DNA from: Promethearchaeota archaeon
GTDB lineage: Archaea; Asgardarchaeota; Lokiarchaeia; Sigyniarchaeales; SOKP01
DNA: 64,000 nucleotides
Reading direction: 5' to 3'
Assembly (NCBI GenBank): GCA_048939995.1
Contig: JBHLOY010000003.1
Span: 397,345-461,344 of the forward strand
Shown here: piece by piece, positions 19,362 to 29,400 of the stretch
Position numbering within the stretch: position 1 is the stretch's first letter
Layout: the number at the start of each line of letters is the position of its first letter
The notes under the pieces: model-generated
The model's database searches: none
Told to the model about the DNA's origin: nothing
Seen by the model: only the letters and a program-made list of their open reading frames with translations
Position numbers and translations under genes: made by a program

Positions 19362-19931
19362 ATGATAAAAATGGTAAAAGAAGTAAAAGTTCCAGAAGAA
19401 CATAAAAAAAATGCTCCTGAAAAAATAAATTTGGCTCTGATTATTGTAAGCACTAGTCGATTTAATGAGATCGAGTCTGGAAAAAAAAGTTCGGATAAAA
19501 CTATCCCTAGAGTACAACAAATATTAGATGATAATAACTCGCTTTCATTAAACTTTACATCTATTATATCAGATTCAGAAGAACATATAGAAAAAACCCT
19601 CTCTCAGGTAATGAAGGATCCTACTATTGATGCAATAATCTTTAGTGGTGGCACTGGATTGTCAAGAAAAGATATTACCTATGAAACCTTGGAACCGCGA
19701 TTAAAAAAGAAAATTAATGGTTTTGGAGAACTTTTTAGATCACTTTCTTTCAATGAAATTGGGGCCTCAGCTATGCTATCAAGGGCAACGGCAGGTATTT
19801 TGAGAGGTGAAGAGAAGAATAAAGCTATTTTTTTACTGCCAGGGTCTCCAAATGCAGTGAAATTAGCTTTAAATCATATTATAATACCTGAATTGGGACA
19901 TATTTTATATATAATCAATAAGCAAGAGTGA
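19362..19931 (+). CDS. moaB: Molybdopterin adenylyltransferase MoaB/MogA
   Basis: SGGTGLSRKDIT.E, GFGELFR.LS, AMLSRA.AG, LPGSPNAV. Confidence 0.92.
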   Translation: MIKMVKEVKVPEEHKKNAPEKINLALIIVSTSRFNEIESGKKSSDKTIPRVQQILDDNNSLSLNFTSIISDSEEHIEKTLSQVMKDPTIDAIIFSGGTGLSRKDITYETLEPRLKKKINGFGELFRSLSFNEIGASAMLSRATAGILRGEEKNKAIFLLPGSPNAVKLALNHIIIPELGHILYIINKQE

Positions 19932-21184
19932 TACTTGTGGAAAAACTCCGAAAAATTGGATTTTCCAAGTTAACACCGATAAATGATGCTTTAGGCAAAT
20001 TATTTTCAAAAATTCAAGAAAGTTCAATTGAAGAAATTGAAATTAAGCATGCTCTAAATCGCATTTTAGCAGAAGATATAGTCAGTGAATTGGATATCCC
20101 TCCATTTGATCGATCAGCTATGGATGGTTATGCTATTAAAGCAGAAGATTCATTTAATGCTTCACTAAAAAACCCGAAAAAGATTAAACTTATTGGAATT
20201 ATTGAAATCGGAGAATCTGCAAACTTTAAAGTTCATAAAGGTGAAGCGTGTAAAATTTCCACAGGGGCACCACTACCAGAAGGTACTGATGCAGTTATAA
20301 AAATTGAAGATACAGAATTAGAAAATGATTTAATTAGTTTATACACATCTTTAGTCCCAGGAAAAAATGTTTCAAAGAAAGGAGAAGATATTAAGAAAGG
20401 AACCCAAGTATTAAAAAAAGGTTTGGACCTAAAGGCTGAACATATTGCACTTCTCTCTTCTTTAGGGTATAACTATGTAAGAGTAAAAGTTAAACCAAGA
20501 GTAAGTATTTTTGCATCTGGAGATGAACTACTTGAACCTGGTGATACCTTGAAACCGGGTAAAATTTACAATTCAAACACTCTAATGATCTCAACCTTAG
20601 TGAATTTATATGGAGGGCTTGTCATTAGAGCTGAAACTGTTAAAGATGACAAATCCATTATTAAAAAGAGACTAATTGAAGCAAAAGATGACTCTCAGAT
20701 TCTAGTCTTCACCGGAGGCACATCAGTTGGCACAAAAGATTATCTACCTGAAATAATTAATGAATTAGGTATCATTTTAACTCATGGTATAGCAATGAGG
20801 CCAGGATCACCTGTTTTATTAGGTCTCCTTAATGATACTCTTATTTTTTGTCTACCTGGTACACCAGTCGCAGCATATGTTTCATTTTTAAAAATAACTG
20901 GACTTGCTATTAGAAAAATGTTAGGATGCTCTATCTTAGATCCAAGAGTCGAAATTTTAGCAATAATTAATAAAGATGTTCCTGTTTCAAGCTTAGGAAT
21001 TCTACATTATTTAAGAGTAAAAATAGAACAAGATAATTATAACTATGTAGCTTATCCAATTAAATTGAAAGGTTCTAGTATTATAACTTCATTGATACAC
21101 TCAGATGGAATAGTTGAAATCCCTCCAAATCAAGAAGGATTGAAAAAGGGAGAAATAGTCAATGTGAAACTCTTTCCTAAATAA
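19928..21184 (+). CDS. moeA: Second MoeA paralog
   Basis: PPFDRSAMDGYA, ISTGAPLPEG, SGDEL, TGGTSVG, RPGSP, LPGTP. Confidence 0.93.
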   Translation: MILVEKLRKIGFSKLTPINDALGKLFSKIQESSIEEIEIKHALNRILAEDIVSELDIPPFDRSAMDGYAIKAEDSFNASLKNPKKIKLIGIIEIGESANFKVHKGEACKISTGAPLPEGTDAVIKIEDTELENDLISLYTSLVPGKNVSKKGEDIKKGTQVLKKGLDLKAEHIALLSSLGYNYVRVKVKPRVSIFASGDELLEPGDTLKPGKIYNSNTLMISTLVNLYGGLVIRAETVKDDKSIIKKRLIEAKDDSQILVFTGGTSVGTKDYLPEIINELGIILTHGIAMRPGSPVLLGLLNDTLIFCLPGTPVAAYVSFLKITGLAIRKMLGCSILDPRVEILAIINKDVPVSSLGILHYLRVKIEQDNYNYVAYPIKLKGSSIITSLIHSDGIVEIPPNQEGLKKGEIVNVKLFPK

Positions 21185-21293
21185 GAATATAGTAGAATTC
21201 TGTTTTCTATTTTCTTCTCCTTCAATGTGTCAGAAAAATTTTGAAAATTCTCGTCTTAGTTTAATTTTTTAGAAATAAAACATTATTAAAATT

Positions 21294-22166
21294 ATGGTTA
21301 ATACCTCAGAGATAGTTAAAGATCTACAGCAAAAATATCGAATTATTGGAAGAAATACGGAACTAAGCAAGATTATACTTGCTAGATCTGTTGGAAAGCA
21401 TATTTTGATTGAAGGTGAAGTCGGTGTTGGAAAAACTACTATAGCTCGCGCAATAGCATCTTATTTTGATTCAGATTTTTATAGAATAGATTGTAATGAG
21501 GAAACTTTATCGCACAATTTGGTTGGGTTTTGGGATCCTCCCTTAGTAATCGCGAAAGGTTATATCGAAGAATCATACGTTTATGGACCGCTTTCTTCAG
21601 CTATGTTAAAAGGGGGATGTTTATTCATTAATGAAATAAATAGAATGCCAGAGAGCACTCAAAATTCTCTTTTAACCGCTTTAGATGAAGGAATAATTGA
21701 AATTCCTAAATTAAAAACAATAAAATCCGATAAGAAATTCTTTGTTATTGCCACGCAAAATCCTGGAGCTCATGTAGGGGTAACTGTTTTAGGTGAAGCT
21801 TTAAAGGATAGATTCATATGGATCAAATTAGATTACCAAACACCAGAAGAAGAAATCTTAATCATAAAAAAAGAAGCAAATTTAAATAACTCTAATACAG
21901 ATAAGATCGCCAAAATTTGCCAAAATATAATTCAATTAACAAGAGAAAGTGCTTCAATCCGAAGAGGTAGTTCAATTAGGGGCGCAATAGATCTTGCAGG
22001 ATTAGTTTTGAATTCAGGAAAACAAACTAGCACAAGAAATTGGGTAGAAGCAGGTATTATGGCTCTATACAACAAGATTGAATTAGAAGATGGAGTAACT
22101 AAATCTAAAACAGAAATAATTACAGATATTATCCTTTCCACTCTAACTAAGCTGGATTTTCAGTAA
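21294..22166 (+). CDS. MoxR-family AAA+ ATPase
   Basis: GEVGVGKT Walker A, LFINEINR Walker B variant, ATQNP, ALKDRF, SSIRGAI. Confidence 0.9.
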   Translation: MVNTSEIVKDLQQKYRIIGRNTELSKIILARSVGKHILIEGEVGVGKTTIARAIASYFDSDFYRIDCNEETLSHNLVGFWDPPLVIAKGYIEESYVYGPLSSAMLKGGCLFINEINRMPESTQNSLLTALDEGIIEIPKLKTIKSDKKFFVIATQNPGAHVGVTVLGEALKDRFIWIKLDYQTPEEEILIIKKEANLNNSNTDKIAKICQNIIQLTRESASIRRGSSIRGAIDLAGLVLNSGKQTSTRNWVEAGIMALYNKIELEDGVTKSKTEIITDIILSTLTKLDFQ

Positions 22167-22321
22167 TCGATGATTTCTCTTCAAAAAAGTCTGAAGAGAT
22201 TGAGAATAAACGGTTACATGTAAGGTTAACAGAAAAACTTCCCGATAAAGAAATTTTAAGATATGAAATCATTAGAAAAAAGAGAAAAAGACCTAATTAT
22301 TATCAACATCTAGCAAATTCT

Positions 22322-23278
22322 TTGGATTATAAACAGATTAAGGAATTAACCTATTTAGCAATTGAATATAAAAATCTAGAGGCTATTATCGGTTTACTCA
22401 AGTCAAACGTTTATGCTGCGACTGATGCCTTAGATTGCGATGAGGGTGTTAAATTTTTCTCTGAAAAAGCAAAAGATTCGGCAACCTCTATGGCAGAGGT
22501 TTACTTTTTTATAAGACGACCCATATCTGAAAAGTATAAAAAGATATTTAGGAGATTAGCTCGGCAAAGTATATTGAAAACAGCGCTCAAAATCACGAGT
22601 AAAGGTATAAGAGGAAATTACAAGAAAGTTATCCCTCATTACGAAATCGGTATGCCCGAATTTGATTTGGATGAGACAATTCAGCATAATCCGTTAAAAA
22701 TCTATCAAAAAACTCTTACCTATAACGATATTTATGGCATTAAAAGAATGCAACAAAAGCGTAAGATTGTATTGATTCTAGACACAAGTGGGAGCATGTA
22801 TGGACGACTACTTCTCAATGCGGCTTTAACAGCTTCTGTGCTTGCCTATAATATGGAAAAAGAAGATTATGCGATAATATTATTTAACTCAACAGCAATG
22901 ATCTTAAAAAAGATCGATGAAAAAAAACCTATTACAACTATTATAGATGATATTTTAGACTCTGAAGCAAGTGGTTTTACAAACATCTATATTGGTTTAG
23001 AAAAAGGATTAAAAGAATTAAATAAAGTTAAAAAGGAACCGAGAAATCAATTCGGAATTTTAATAACAGATGGAAATTATAATCGAGGCGAAAACCCACT
23101 TAACTTGGCCGAAGATTATTCTAAACTGCATGTAATAGGAATGCCAGCTGAAAACGATGCAGATAGAGGAATTGATGTATGTAAAGAAATCGCCAATAAA
23201 GGAAGAGGAAAATTTTATGCGGTAAAAGATTATAAAGAAATTCCAAGAGCCCTAATAGATTTATTATCACAATATTGA
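22322..23278 (+). CDS. von Willebrand factor A domain protein; frame is open from 22151, so possibly translated as a -1 frameshift fusion with MoxR
   Basis: MIDAS DTSGSM, GFTNI, ITDG. The 57 open codons upstream lack ATG/GTG/TTG. Confidence 0.88.
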   Translation: MDYKQIKELTYLAIEYKNLEAIIGLLKSNVYAATDALDCDEGVKFFSEKAKDSATSMAEVYFFIRRPISEKYKKIFRRLARQSILKTALKITSKGIRGNYKKVIPHYEIGMPEFDLDETIQHNPLKIYQKTLTYNDIYGIKRMQQKRKIVLILDTSGSMYGRLLLNAALTASVLAYNMEKEDYAIILFNSTAMILKKIDEKKPITTIIDDILDSEASGFTNIYIGLEKGLKELNKVKKEPRNQFGILITDGNYNRGENPLNLAEDYSKLHVIGMPAENDADRGIDVCKEIANKGRGKFYAVKDYKEIPRALIDLLSQY

Positions 23279-23293
23279 TTATAAAGAATAGAT

Positions 23294-23767
23294 GTGTTTT
23301 TAGTGGAAAAGATAATAAGATACGCTAATGAGAAAGATTTTAATCTTTTAAGAGAAATGTACTTAAATGAAGTTGAAAATCATGAACAGAGAGCTGGAAA
23401 ATTCGCAGAAGACTTAATTTTTAGATTAAAGACAATCATCTGCATAGCTAATCTTAAAATTATCGGAACTGTTTCATGGGACACTCGTGGTGGATTAAAT
23501 GATGGAGTTATTGAGTTAATTGGGCTTGGGGTAGTTCAAGGTTATAGAAGGCAAGGAATAGCAAAGGAGTTAGTATTAACATTAATCAACGAAAATAAAA
23601 GCTTTTTTAAACTAAGAGGTTATAAATTACGAGTTATATATTTTTTCATGGAAAGTTTAAATGAGAATGGACGAGCATTCTATAAAAGTATGGGATTTCG
23701 AGAAGTGTCAAACATTCCTGCTTTTTATCCTAATGATGCTGCTGTTATTTGGATTAAATACTTTTAA
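23294..23767 (+). CDS. GNAT family N-acetyltransferase
   Basis: LGVVQGYRRQGIAKEL acetyl-CoA motif; N..GRAFYKSMGF. Confidence 0.88.
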   Translation: MFLVEKIIRYANEKDFNLLREMYLNEVENHEQRAGKFAEDLIFRLKTIICIANLKIIGTVSWDTRGGLNDGVIELIGLGVVQGYRRQGIAKELVLTLINENKSFFKLRGYKLRVIYFFMESLNENGRAFYKSMGFREVSNIPAFYPNDAAVIWIKYF

Positions 23768-23877
23768 GAATCATTCGATTTTTCTAAAGGCTTGAAATTT
23801 AATAACTCAACGCTTAAAGCGTTAATACTTTATGGAATTGTTCATCTAATTTCTGGTATCCAAAGTAAATAGAAAAA

Positions 23878-25014
23878 TTACAACCATTTTTTTCTTTTAA
23901 AATAATAAAGCATCAAACCTCCTACTATTATCATTCCAATTATTAATAAAGGATAAGCGAATGGATTTGATAATTCAGGCATATATTGAAAATTCATTCC
24001 ATAAAATCCCGCTAGAAATGATAATGGAATGAAAATTGTTGAAATTATCGTTAAAACTTTCATTATCTCATTCATTCTATTACTAATGCTTGAAAGATAC
24101 ATATCTAGCATTCCAAAGATTATATCACGATAGCCTTCTAAAAGATCATTAATTTTGTAAATATGATCATATAGATCTCTTAAATATATTTGCAAACTAT
24201 CCCGAATCAATTTAGTTGGCTCCCTTTGCAGCATGTTTACTAATTCTCGCAAAGGCCAAACAGATTTCCTTAGTTCAATTGTGGCTCTTTTAAGTTTATA
24301 GATTGCTTGAAGAGTATCAGGTGAAGGATTAGAGATCAACTCATTTTCAATATCCTCTATTTTTTCACTTGTAATCTCTAAGATTATAAAATAATTATCA
24401 ATAATAATGTCAATTAGCGCATAGAGTAGATAATCTGCTGCCATAAATCGTACTTTTCCTCTTGGGACTCTAATTCGTTCGATAATGGGATTAAAAATGT
24501 TAGTTTCATGTTCTTCTAGTGAAATTACATAATTAGAACCTAAAATTAAACTCACTTGCTCGTGTTCGAAAACCGCGTCTTCCACATTCCAAAAGATTCT
24601 TTCAATTATAATAAAAATATAATCTCCGGACACTTCGAATTTAGGTCTCTGATATGTGTTTAATATGTCTTCTAACACAAGGGGATGTAAATTAAATTGC
24701 TTTCCTATTTCCTCAATGATATCTACTTGAGCTAATCCTGTTATTTTAATCCATCTAACTTTATTCTTTTCAATTTGGTTAAAATTATCTTCTATATCAC
24801 TATATTCTTTAAAATCGTAGCTTTCTTCATCATAATCGATTACTTTTATTTTCGTATCTACTTTTTTTTTATCTCCAGTATATACTAAAGTTCCAGGGGG
24901 ATATCCTACTTTTTCTTTCTTCTTTATGCGAGCAATTCTTCTACGAATAGATGGCGTTTTCAAATCACCCTTATAAAATATAAAAAATTGATATATATGT
25001 AAATCGGAATTCAA
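23878..25014 (-). CDS. corA: Magnesium/cobalt transporter CorA
   Basis: HPLVLEDI..QRPK, MNEIMKVLTII, GFYGMNF..MPEL. The true start may be ~15-20 codons downstream. Confidence 0.95.
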   Translation of the reverse strand: MNSDLHIYQFFIFYKGDLKTPSIRRRIARIKKKEKVGYPPGTLVYTGDKKKVDTKIKVIDYDEESYDFKEYSDIEDNFNQIEKNKVRWIKITGLAQVDIIEEIGKQFNLHPLVLEDILNTYQRPKFEVSGDYIFIIIERIFWNVEDAVFEHEQVSLILGSNYVISLEEHETNIFNPIIERIRVPRGKVRFMAADYLLYALIDIIIDNYFIILEITSEKIEDIENELISNPSPDTLQAIYKLKRATIELRKSVWPLRELVNMLQREPTKLIRDSLQIYLRDLYDHIYKINDLLEGYRDIIFGMLDMYLSSISNRMNEIMKVLTIISTIFIPLSFLAGFYGMNFQYMPELSNPFAYPLLIIGMIIVGGLMLYYFKRKKWL

Positions 25015-25143
25015 GATAATAATATCTTATGATTATTTGATAATTGTAAGTTTTAAGAGTTATTTAATGACATTAGAAAAAAATATTTAAATTAAGCGAG
25101 GAATTCTTAAATCTAAAGTGTATTCTCGAGGTTATTTTGAAAT

Positions 25144-26070
25144 ATGAAACGAGTGTATAAGATTATTATTTGGTTAGGAAGTATTGGAATTTTATTATGG
25201 CTTTATTTTGGAGTGATAAGAAACTATTTGGATTTTATTGTGGGTTATGAACCATTAATAAATTTACTCATCTTAAACATTATTGCTTATTTTTTAAGAT
25301 CTCTTTTCATTAACTTGATGGATGCTTTTATTAAAAAACTATTTGCTCGTTATATAGCTAAGATATTAATAAATATAACATGGTTAGTATTTCCTTTTTG
25401 GTTAATTTTCAGTATCTCGCAGATTTACTTCATAGCAATTATATCTTTCTTAGTGGTAGCAATATCATTAACCTTTCAAAATATCATTAACAATGTTGTT
25501 TCAGGTATTATGCTTTTATCATCAGAAGGTTTTGAAGCAGGTGATTTAATTGAAACAAATGGAATTGAAGGAATTGTAAAAGATATTACGCTAAATTACG
25601 TAAAGTTAGAAGACTTTGACGGTTCATTGACTTATATACCTAATAAAAATGCGTTTAATTCATCTACTGTTCGTTATACTCACAAACCAATTAAAAAGGA
25701 AGTTAAGTTTGGGATTACGGATGTTATTAAAGCGATTAGCAAGATTTTAACAAAAGAGGAGAAAATCACTCGTTATAGAAAAGTAGTCGAACTTCTAATT
25801 TCAGTTGACATAGAAAAACTAGATGAATTGCTAGACCCTGTTTTTGAAAAGTATAAAACCATATTTGGCGTAAGACCATATTATTATGCTAATAATACTG
25901 TTACGGGAATAACCAACAGATTAAGTATCACTATACAAATTATAACAGAAGATCCAAAGTTAATCTTAACATACACCGACCTATTAATGAGAGATATCTT
26001 GTTTAAAATCTATGATAAAGAAATCAATTATCAGTGGAATTCTGATGATATATCTGGGGAGGTTGATTAA
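25144..26070 (+). CDS. MscS-family mechanosensitive channel
   Basis: N-terminal TMs, QNIINNVVSGIMLL..FEAGDLI...EGIVKDITL...IPN. Confidence 0.8.
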   Translation: MKRVYKIIIWLGSIGILLWLYFGVIRNYLDFIVGYEPLINLLILNIIAYFLRSLFINLMDAFIKKLFARYIAKILINITWLVFPFWLIFSISQIYFIAIISFLVVAISLTFQNIINNVVSGIMLLSSEGFEAGDLIETNGIEGIVKDITLNYVKLEDFDGSLTYIPNKNAFNSSTVRYTHKPIKKEVKFGITDVIKAISKILTKEEKITRYRKVVELLISVDIEKLDELLDPVFEKYKTIFGVRPYYYANNTVTGITNRLSITIQIITEDPKLILTYTDLLMRDILFKIYDKEINYQWNSDDISGEVD

Positions 26071-26072
26071 AT

Positions 26073-26981
26073 TTGGTAATTTTTAATACCGATTTGGAAG
26101 CATTAATTTATTTCTTAATCATTGTAATAGCCCTTTATCTTCTTAATAAACTGATTTCTTCAACTATAGGTAAAAGCAAAAAAATTGCGTTAAGAAAAAA
26201 AATAATCATTAATTTTGGTTTTAAAATTATAATGGTATTTATTATCGCATATTTTATTATTGAAGGTTTCCCTGTTATTTCTTTAATCGATCCTACGTAC
26301 ACCGCAATAATTACTGGAGCAATAAGTACTGGTATAGCTTTTGCATCTAGTGGGATATTTACAAATTTTATTTCTGGAATAGTTATAATGTTAGTTAGAC
26401 CCTTTGAAGTCGATGATCTAATCAAGATTGAGGGAGATAAAGGAATTGTCCGAGCAATTAACTTAACTAAGATAAAATTAGAAAATTTTGATAATATTAT
26501 AATTGAAAAATCTAATGCTCAAGTCCTCTCCTCAGAAGTTATAAATTACACAGTGAAACTCGGAAAGAAAAAATCTTTTAAACATTTTAAGAATAAGATT
26601 CTAGCACCTCAAGATAAAGGTTTTAAGGATATTTATGATGGTATTCCAGAATCAAAAAAAGAGTTCGAGCGTAATCTAAAAAATGTTTATGAATCCTTTT
26701 CGGGTAAATATTACCCAAAACTTTATAATTTTACCTTTAGAATGGCTTTCCCTTATAAGGGATTCAATATGATGATGAACAAAGTCACAGAATTGTGTAA
26801 TTTATATAATGAAAAAGGAATCTTCAAGATAAAACCGCAATTTGATATTATATCCTTTAATATAAACATAATAGTCAAATTTAGGTTATTAACTTTTAAT
26901 CCACAAAAAATTTTCGATTTTCAACCTAAATTTGCTCAAGATGTCTATAATATTATAAGAAAAAATTATACGGAAATCTAG
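26073..26981 (+). CDS. MscS-family mechanosensitive channel (second paralog)
   Basis: GIAFAS..FTNFISGI...RPFEVDDLIKI.G.KGIV. Confidence 0.8.
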   Translation: MVIFNTDLEALIYFLIIVIALYLLNKLISSTIGKSKKIALRKKIIINFGFKIIMVFIIAYFIIEGFPVISLIDPTYTAIITGAISTGIAFASSGIFTNFISGIVIMLVRPFEVDDLIKIEGDKGIVRAINLTKIKLENFDNIIIEKSNAQVLSSEVINYTVKLGKKKSFKHFKNKILAPQDKGFKDIYDGIPESKKEFERNLKNVYESFSGKYYPKLYNFTFRMAFPYKGFNMMMNKVTELCNLYNEKGIFKIKPQFDIISFNINIIVKFRLLTFNPQKIFDFQPKFAQDVYNIIRKNYTEI

Positions 26982-27003
26982 AAAGTCTAATCGATTATCT
27001 TAA

Positions 27004-27837
27004 GTGGTTTACTTGAAAAAAGGAACTATTGTTGGAAAAGGGAGAGAGGCGGAGGTAATAGCTTGGGATGATGGGTACGTTCTAAAGTTATTCTATAATA
27101 TCGTTTCAAGACAACGTATTGAATATGAATTTAAGGTAAACATTTTAGTTCAAAAAGTTTTTGATAATTGCCCTAAAGCATTTAAAATTATAGAAGAAAA
27201 TGAAAGAATCGGCATTTTATTTGAATTTATTGAGGGTAAGAATTTAGGAGAAGTTGGGGGTAAAAATATCTTTAAGCTAGTTAAATTGGTTAAATTAGTT
27301 GCGAAATTACATGCTGAATTGCATAAACACAAAATTAATAATTTAAACCTTCAAAAAGATGTCTATACCCGCTCAATTCAACGTACTCCACTCCTAAATA
27401 AACTAGAAAAAATGAAGATAATTAAATATTTGGAGAGAATATCGGAAGGAAATACTATTTGTCATAGTGATTTTCACCCAGAAAATATAATTATATCCCA
27501 AAGTAAATTATACATAATTGATTGGGCAAATACAACGTTAGGTAACCCAAACGGAGATGTCGCTAGAACCTATTATTTATTAAAGTATGGAATGGGTCCC
27601 GATGATGTTGAGCTTATCGAAAAAAGTGTATTTCATAAACTTATATTTAGATTATTTAAGAAAATTTTATCAAAAGTATACTTAAAGCAATATATTAAAT
27701 TAACTAGTTCTTCATTAGAAAATATCAAAGAATGGGACATTATTATATATGCTGCTCGCTTGAATGAAGATATAGAAGAAGAACAGGAAATCTTACTCAA
27801 TTTGATACATCAAAGATTAAAAAACTTGGATTTTTAG
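27004..27837 (+). CDS. Aminoglycoside/choline phosphotransferase (APH)-family kinase
   Basis: GKGREAEV, CHSDFHPENII, IIDWAN, GDVART. Confidence 0.88.
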   Translation: MVYLKKGTIVGKGREAEVIAWDDGYVLKLFYNIVSRQRIEYEFKVNILVQKVFDNCPKAFKIIEENERIGILFEFIEGKNLGEVGGKNIFKLVKLVKLVAKLHAELHKHKINNLNLQKDVYTRSIQRTPLLNKLEKMKIIKYLERISEGNTICHSDFHPENIIISQSKLYIIDWANTTLGNPNGDVARTYYLLKYGMGPDDVELIEKSVFHKLIFRLFKKILSKVYLKQYIKLTSSSLENIKEWDIIIYAARLNEDIEEEQEILLNLIHQRLKNLDF

Positions 27838-28205
27838 TCTCCTGTAGGTATAATTGTGCTCTTTTCTATCAATAACACAGAAGTGCGGGAAGGAGCTCTT
27901 GTTCGATGTTTTACGCCTTTAGGCACTACAAATCCTTGTTTGGTTCCTAATCTAATTGTCTCATCTTCTAAATCTATCAAAAGAAATCCTTCGATTACAA
28001 AAAAAAATTCATCCTCCTTTTCATGTTTATGCCAATGGAATTCTCCTTCAATAATAGCAAGTCTAATAACAGAATCATTAACTTCACATAAGGATAAGTT
28101 TTGCCACTTCTTTGTACTTTCAGTTATTAACTCTGGGATGTTAATAATTTCCAGAGGTTTAAATTTAACTTCAAGATCAATAGAATATTTGTTATAATCA
28201 TTCAT
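27834..28205 (-). CDS. Cupin domain protein
   Basis: GEFHWHKHEKEDEFFFV.EG, VVPKGVKHRT. Confidence 0.9.
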   Translation of the reverse strand: MNDYNKYSIDLEVKFKPLEIINIPELITESTKKWQNLSLCEVNDSVIRLAIIEGEFHWHKHEKEDEFFFVIEGFLLIDLEDETIRLGTKQGFVVPKGVKHRTRAPSRTSVLLIEKSTIIPTGD

Positions 28206-28356
28206 TTTTAGTTCCTTTAATTGAGAATTAAAATTTATAATTAAATATGACTATCTTTAGATTTATTTCAATTTTTATTTTTTGAAAATTGCTTTCCTTT
28301 GGACTTAGAGAAGAAAATTGCCTATATTTTTAAATGGTTTAAGATTTTTTTAAATA

Positions 28357-29352
28357 ATGGCAGAAAAGCGAAAAGAAACCCAAAATTATCCACCAATAAA
28401 TAATATTACTCATACTTTTTATCCTAAACGGAGGATAGGGATTTCATTATCATTTATCTCATTCTTTCTTCTTGGAATACTACCAATTATATCAAATAGT
28501 CGCCCTTCCTCTTTGGATGCATTGGCTTTTGCCTTCTATTTATCTTTATGGGAGCTAATTTGTTCATTTCCCTTACTTTTCTTTGAATTAACTAGAAATG
28601 ATAAAGGGATCTTTCAAAAGGGAATAAATATTAAGGTGCGTAAAAAAACTCTTACAATTATGGTGATTACAGGTATAATTTTTACAATTTCAACATTTTT
28701 CTATGTCTATGCTTTTGAGACTGCAGGCACCGTTAGTGCGGCTATTGCTATCCAAACTTACCCTTTATTCTCAATCCTTATGGAATTCATTATGTTTAAG
28801 AAGAAAAAACGATTGCTTGAGCTCCTATTCACTTTAAGCATGATTATTGGTATATATTATCTTGGTACAGAAGGTACTTGGCTTATCTTGGGTTTTTCTC
28901 CTTGGTTTGCATTAGCCTTAATTGTTCCTTTTTTATGGAGTATTGCTCATGTAACTATTAAGCATACATTAGATAATTCTCCAATTACTCCGAATCAAGT
29001 TACTTTCTTCCGTGTGTTCTTATCCTCATTATTATTACTTATAATATCCTCTTTAGTAAGAGGGAGTACTGACATTATCGAAGGATTATTGAATCCGGAA
29101 TATCAAATATTTGGATTCCTTATGGGAATAGTTTATTATTTAGAACTTGTTAATTGGTTTTATGCTGTAAAACATATAGAAGTATCAGTGGCAAGTACAA
29201 TTACTACACCAAATCCAGTAATTACTATGATTTTAGCTTTATTTATCCTAAAAGAACCTATTGAATTATATCAGATTATCGCTATGATTATTATCTTTGC
29301 TAGTCTTTATGGATTAATCTGGTCAGGAAAAGCATATCATAAAGAACAATGA
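28357..29352 (+). CDS. DMT/EamA-family transporter
   Basis: About 10 TM helices in two EamA-like repeats (YPLFS..FKKK; PVITMILALFILKE). Confidence 0.85.
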   Translation: MAEKRKETQNYPPINNITHTFYPKRRIGISLSFISFFLLGILPIISNSRPSSLDALAFAFYLSLWELICSFPLLFFELTRNDKGIFQKGINIKVRKKTLTIMVITGIIFTISTFFYVYAFETAGTVSAAIAIQTYPLFSILMEFIMFKKKKRLLELLFTLSMIIGIYYLGTEGTWLILGFSPWFALALIVPFLWSIAHVTIKHTLDNSPITPNQVTFFRVFLSSLLLLIISSLVRGSTDIIEGLLNPEYQIFGFLMGIVYYLELVNWFYAVKHIEVSVASTITTPNPVITMILALFILKEPIELYQIIAMIIIFASLYGLIWSGKAYHKEQ

Positions 29353-29400
29353 ATTTTAACTATTTCCACTAATCTTTTATGATTTAATTAATTAACCGTA

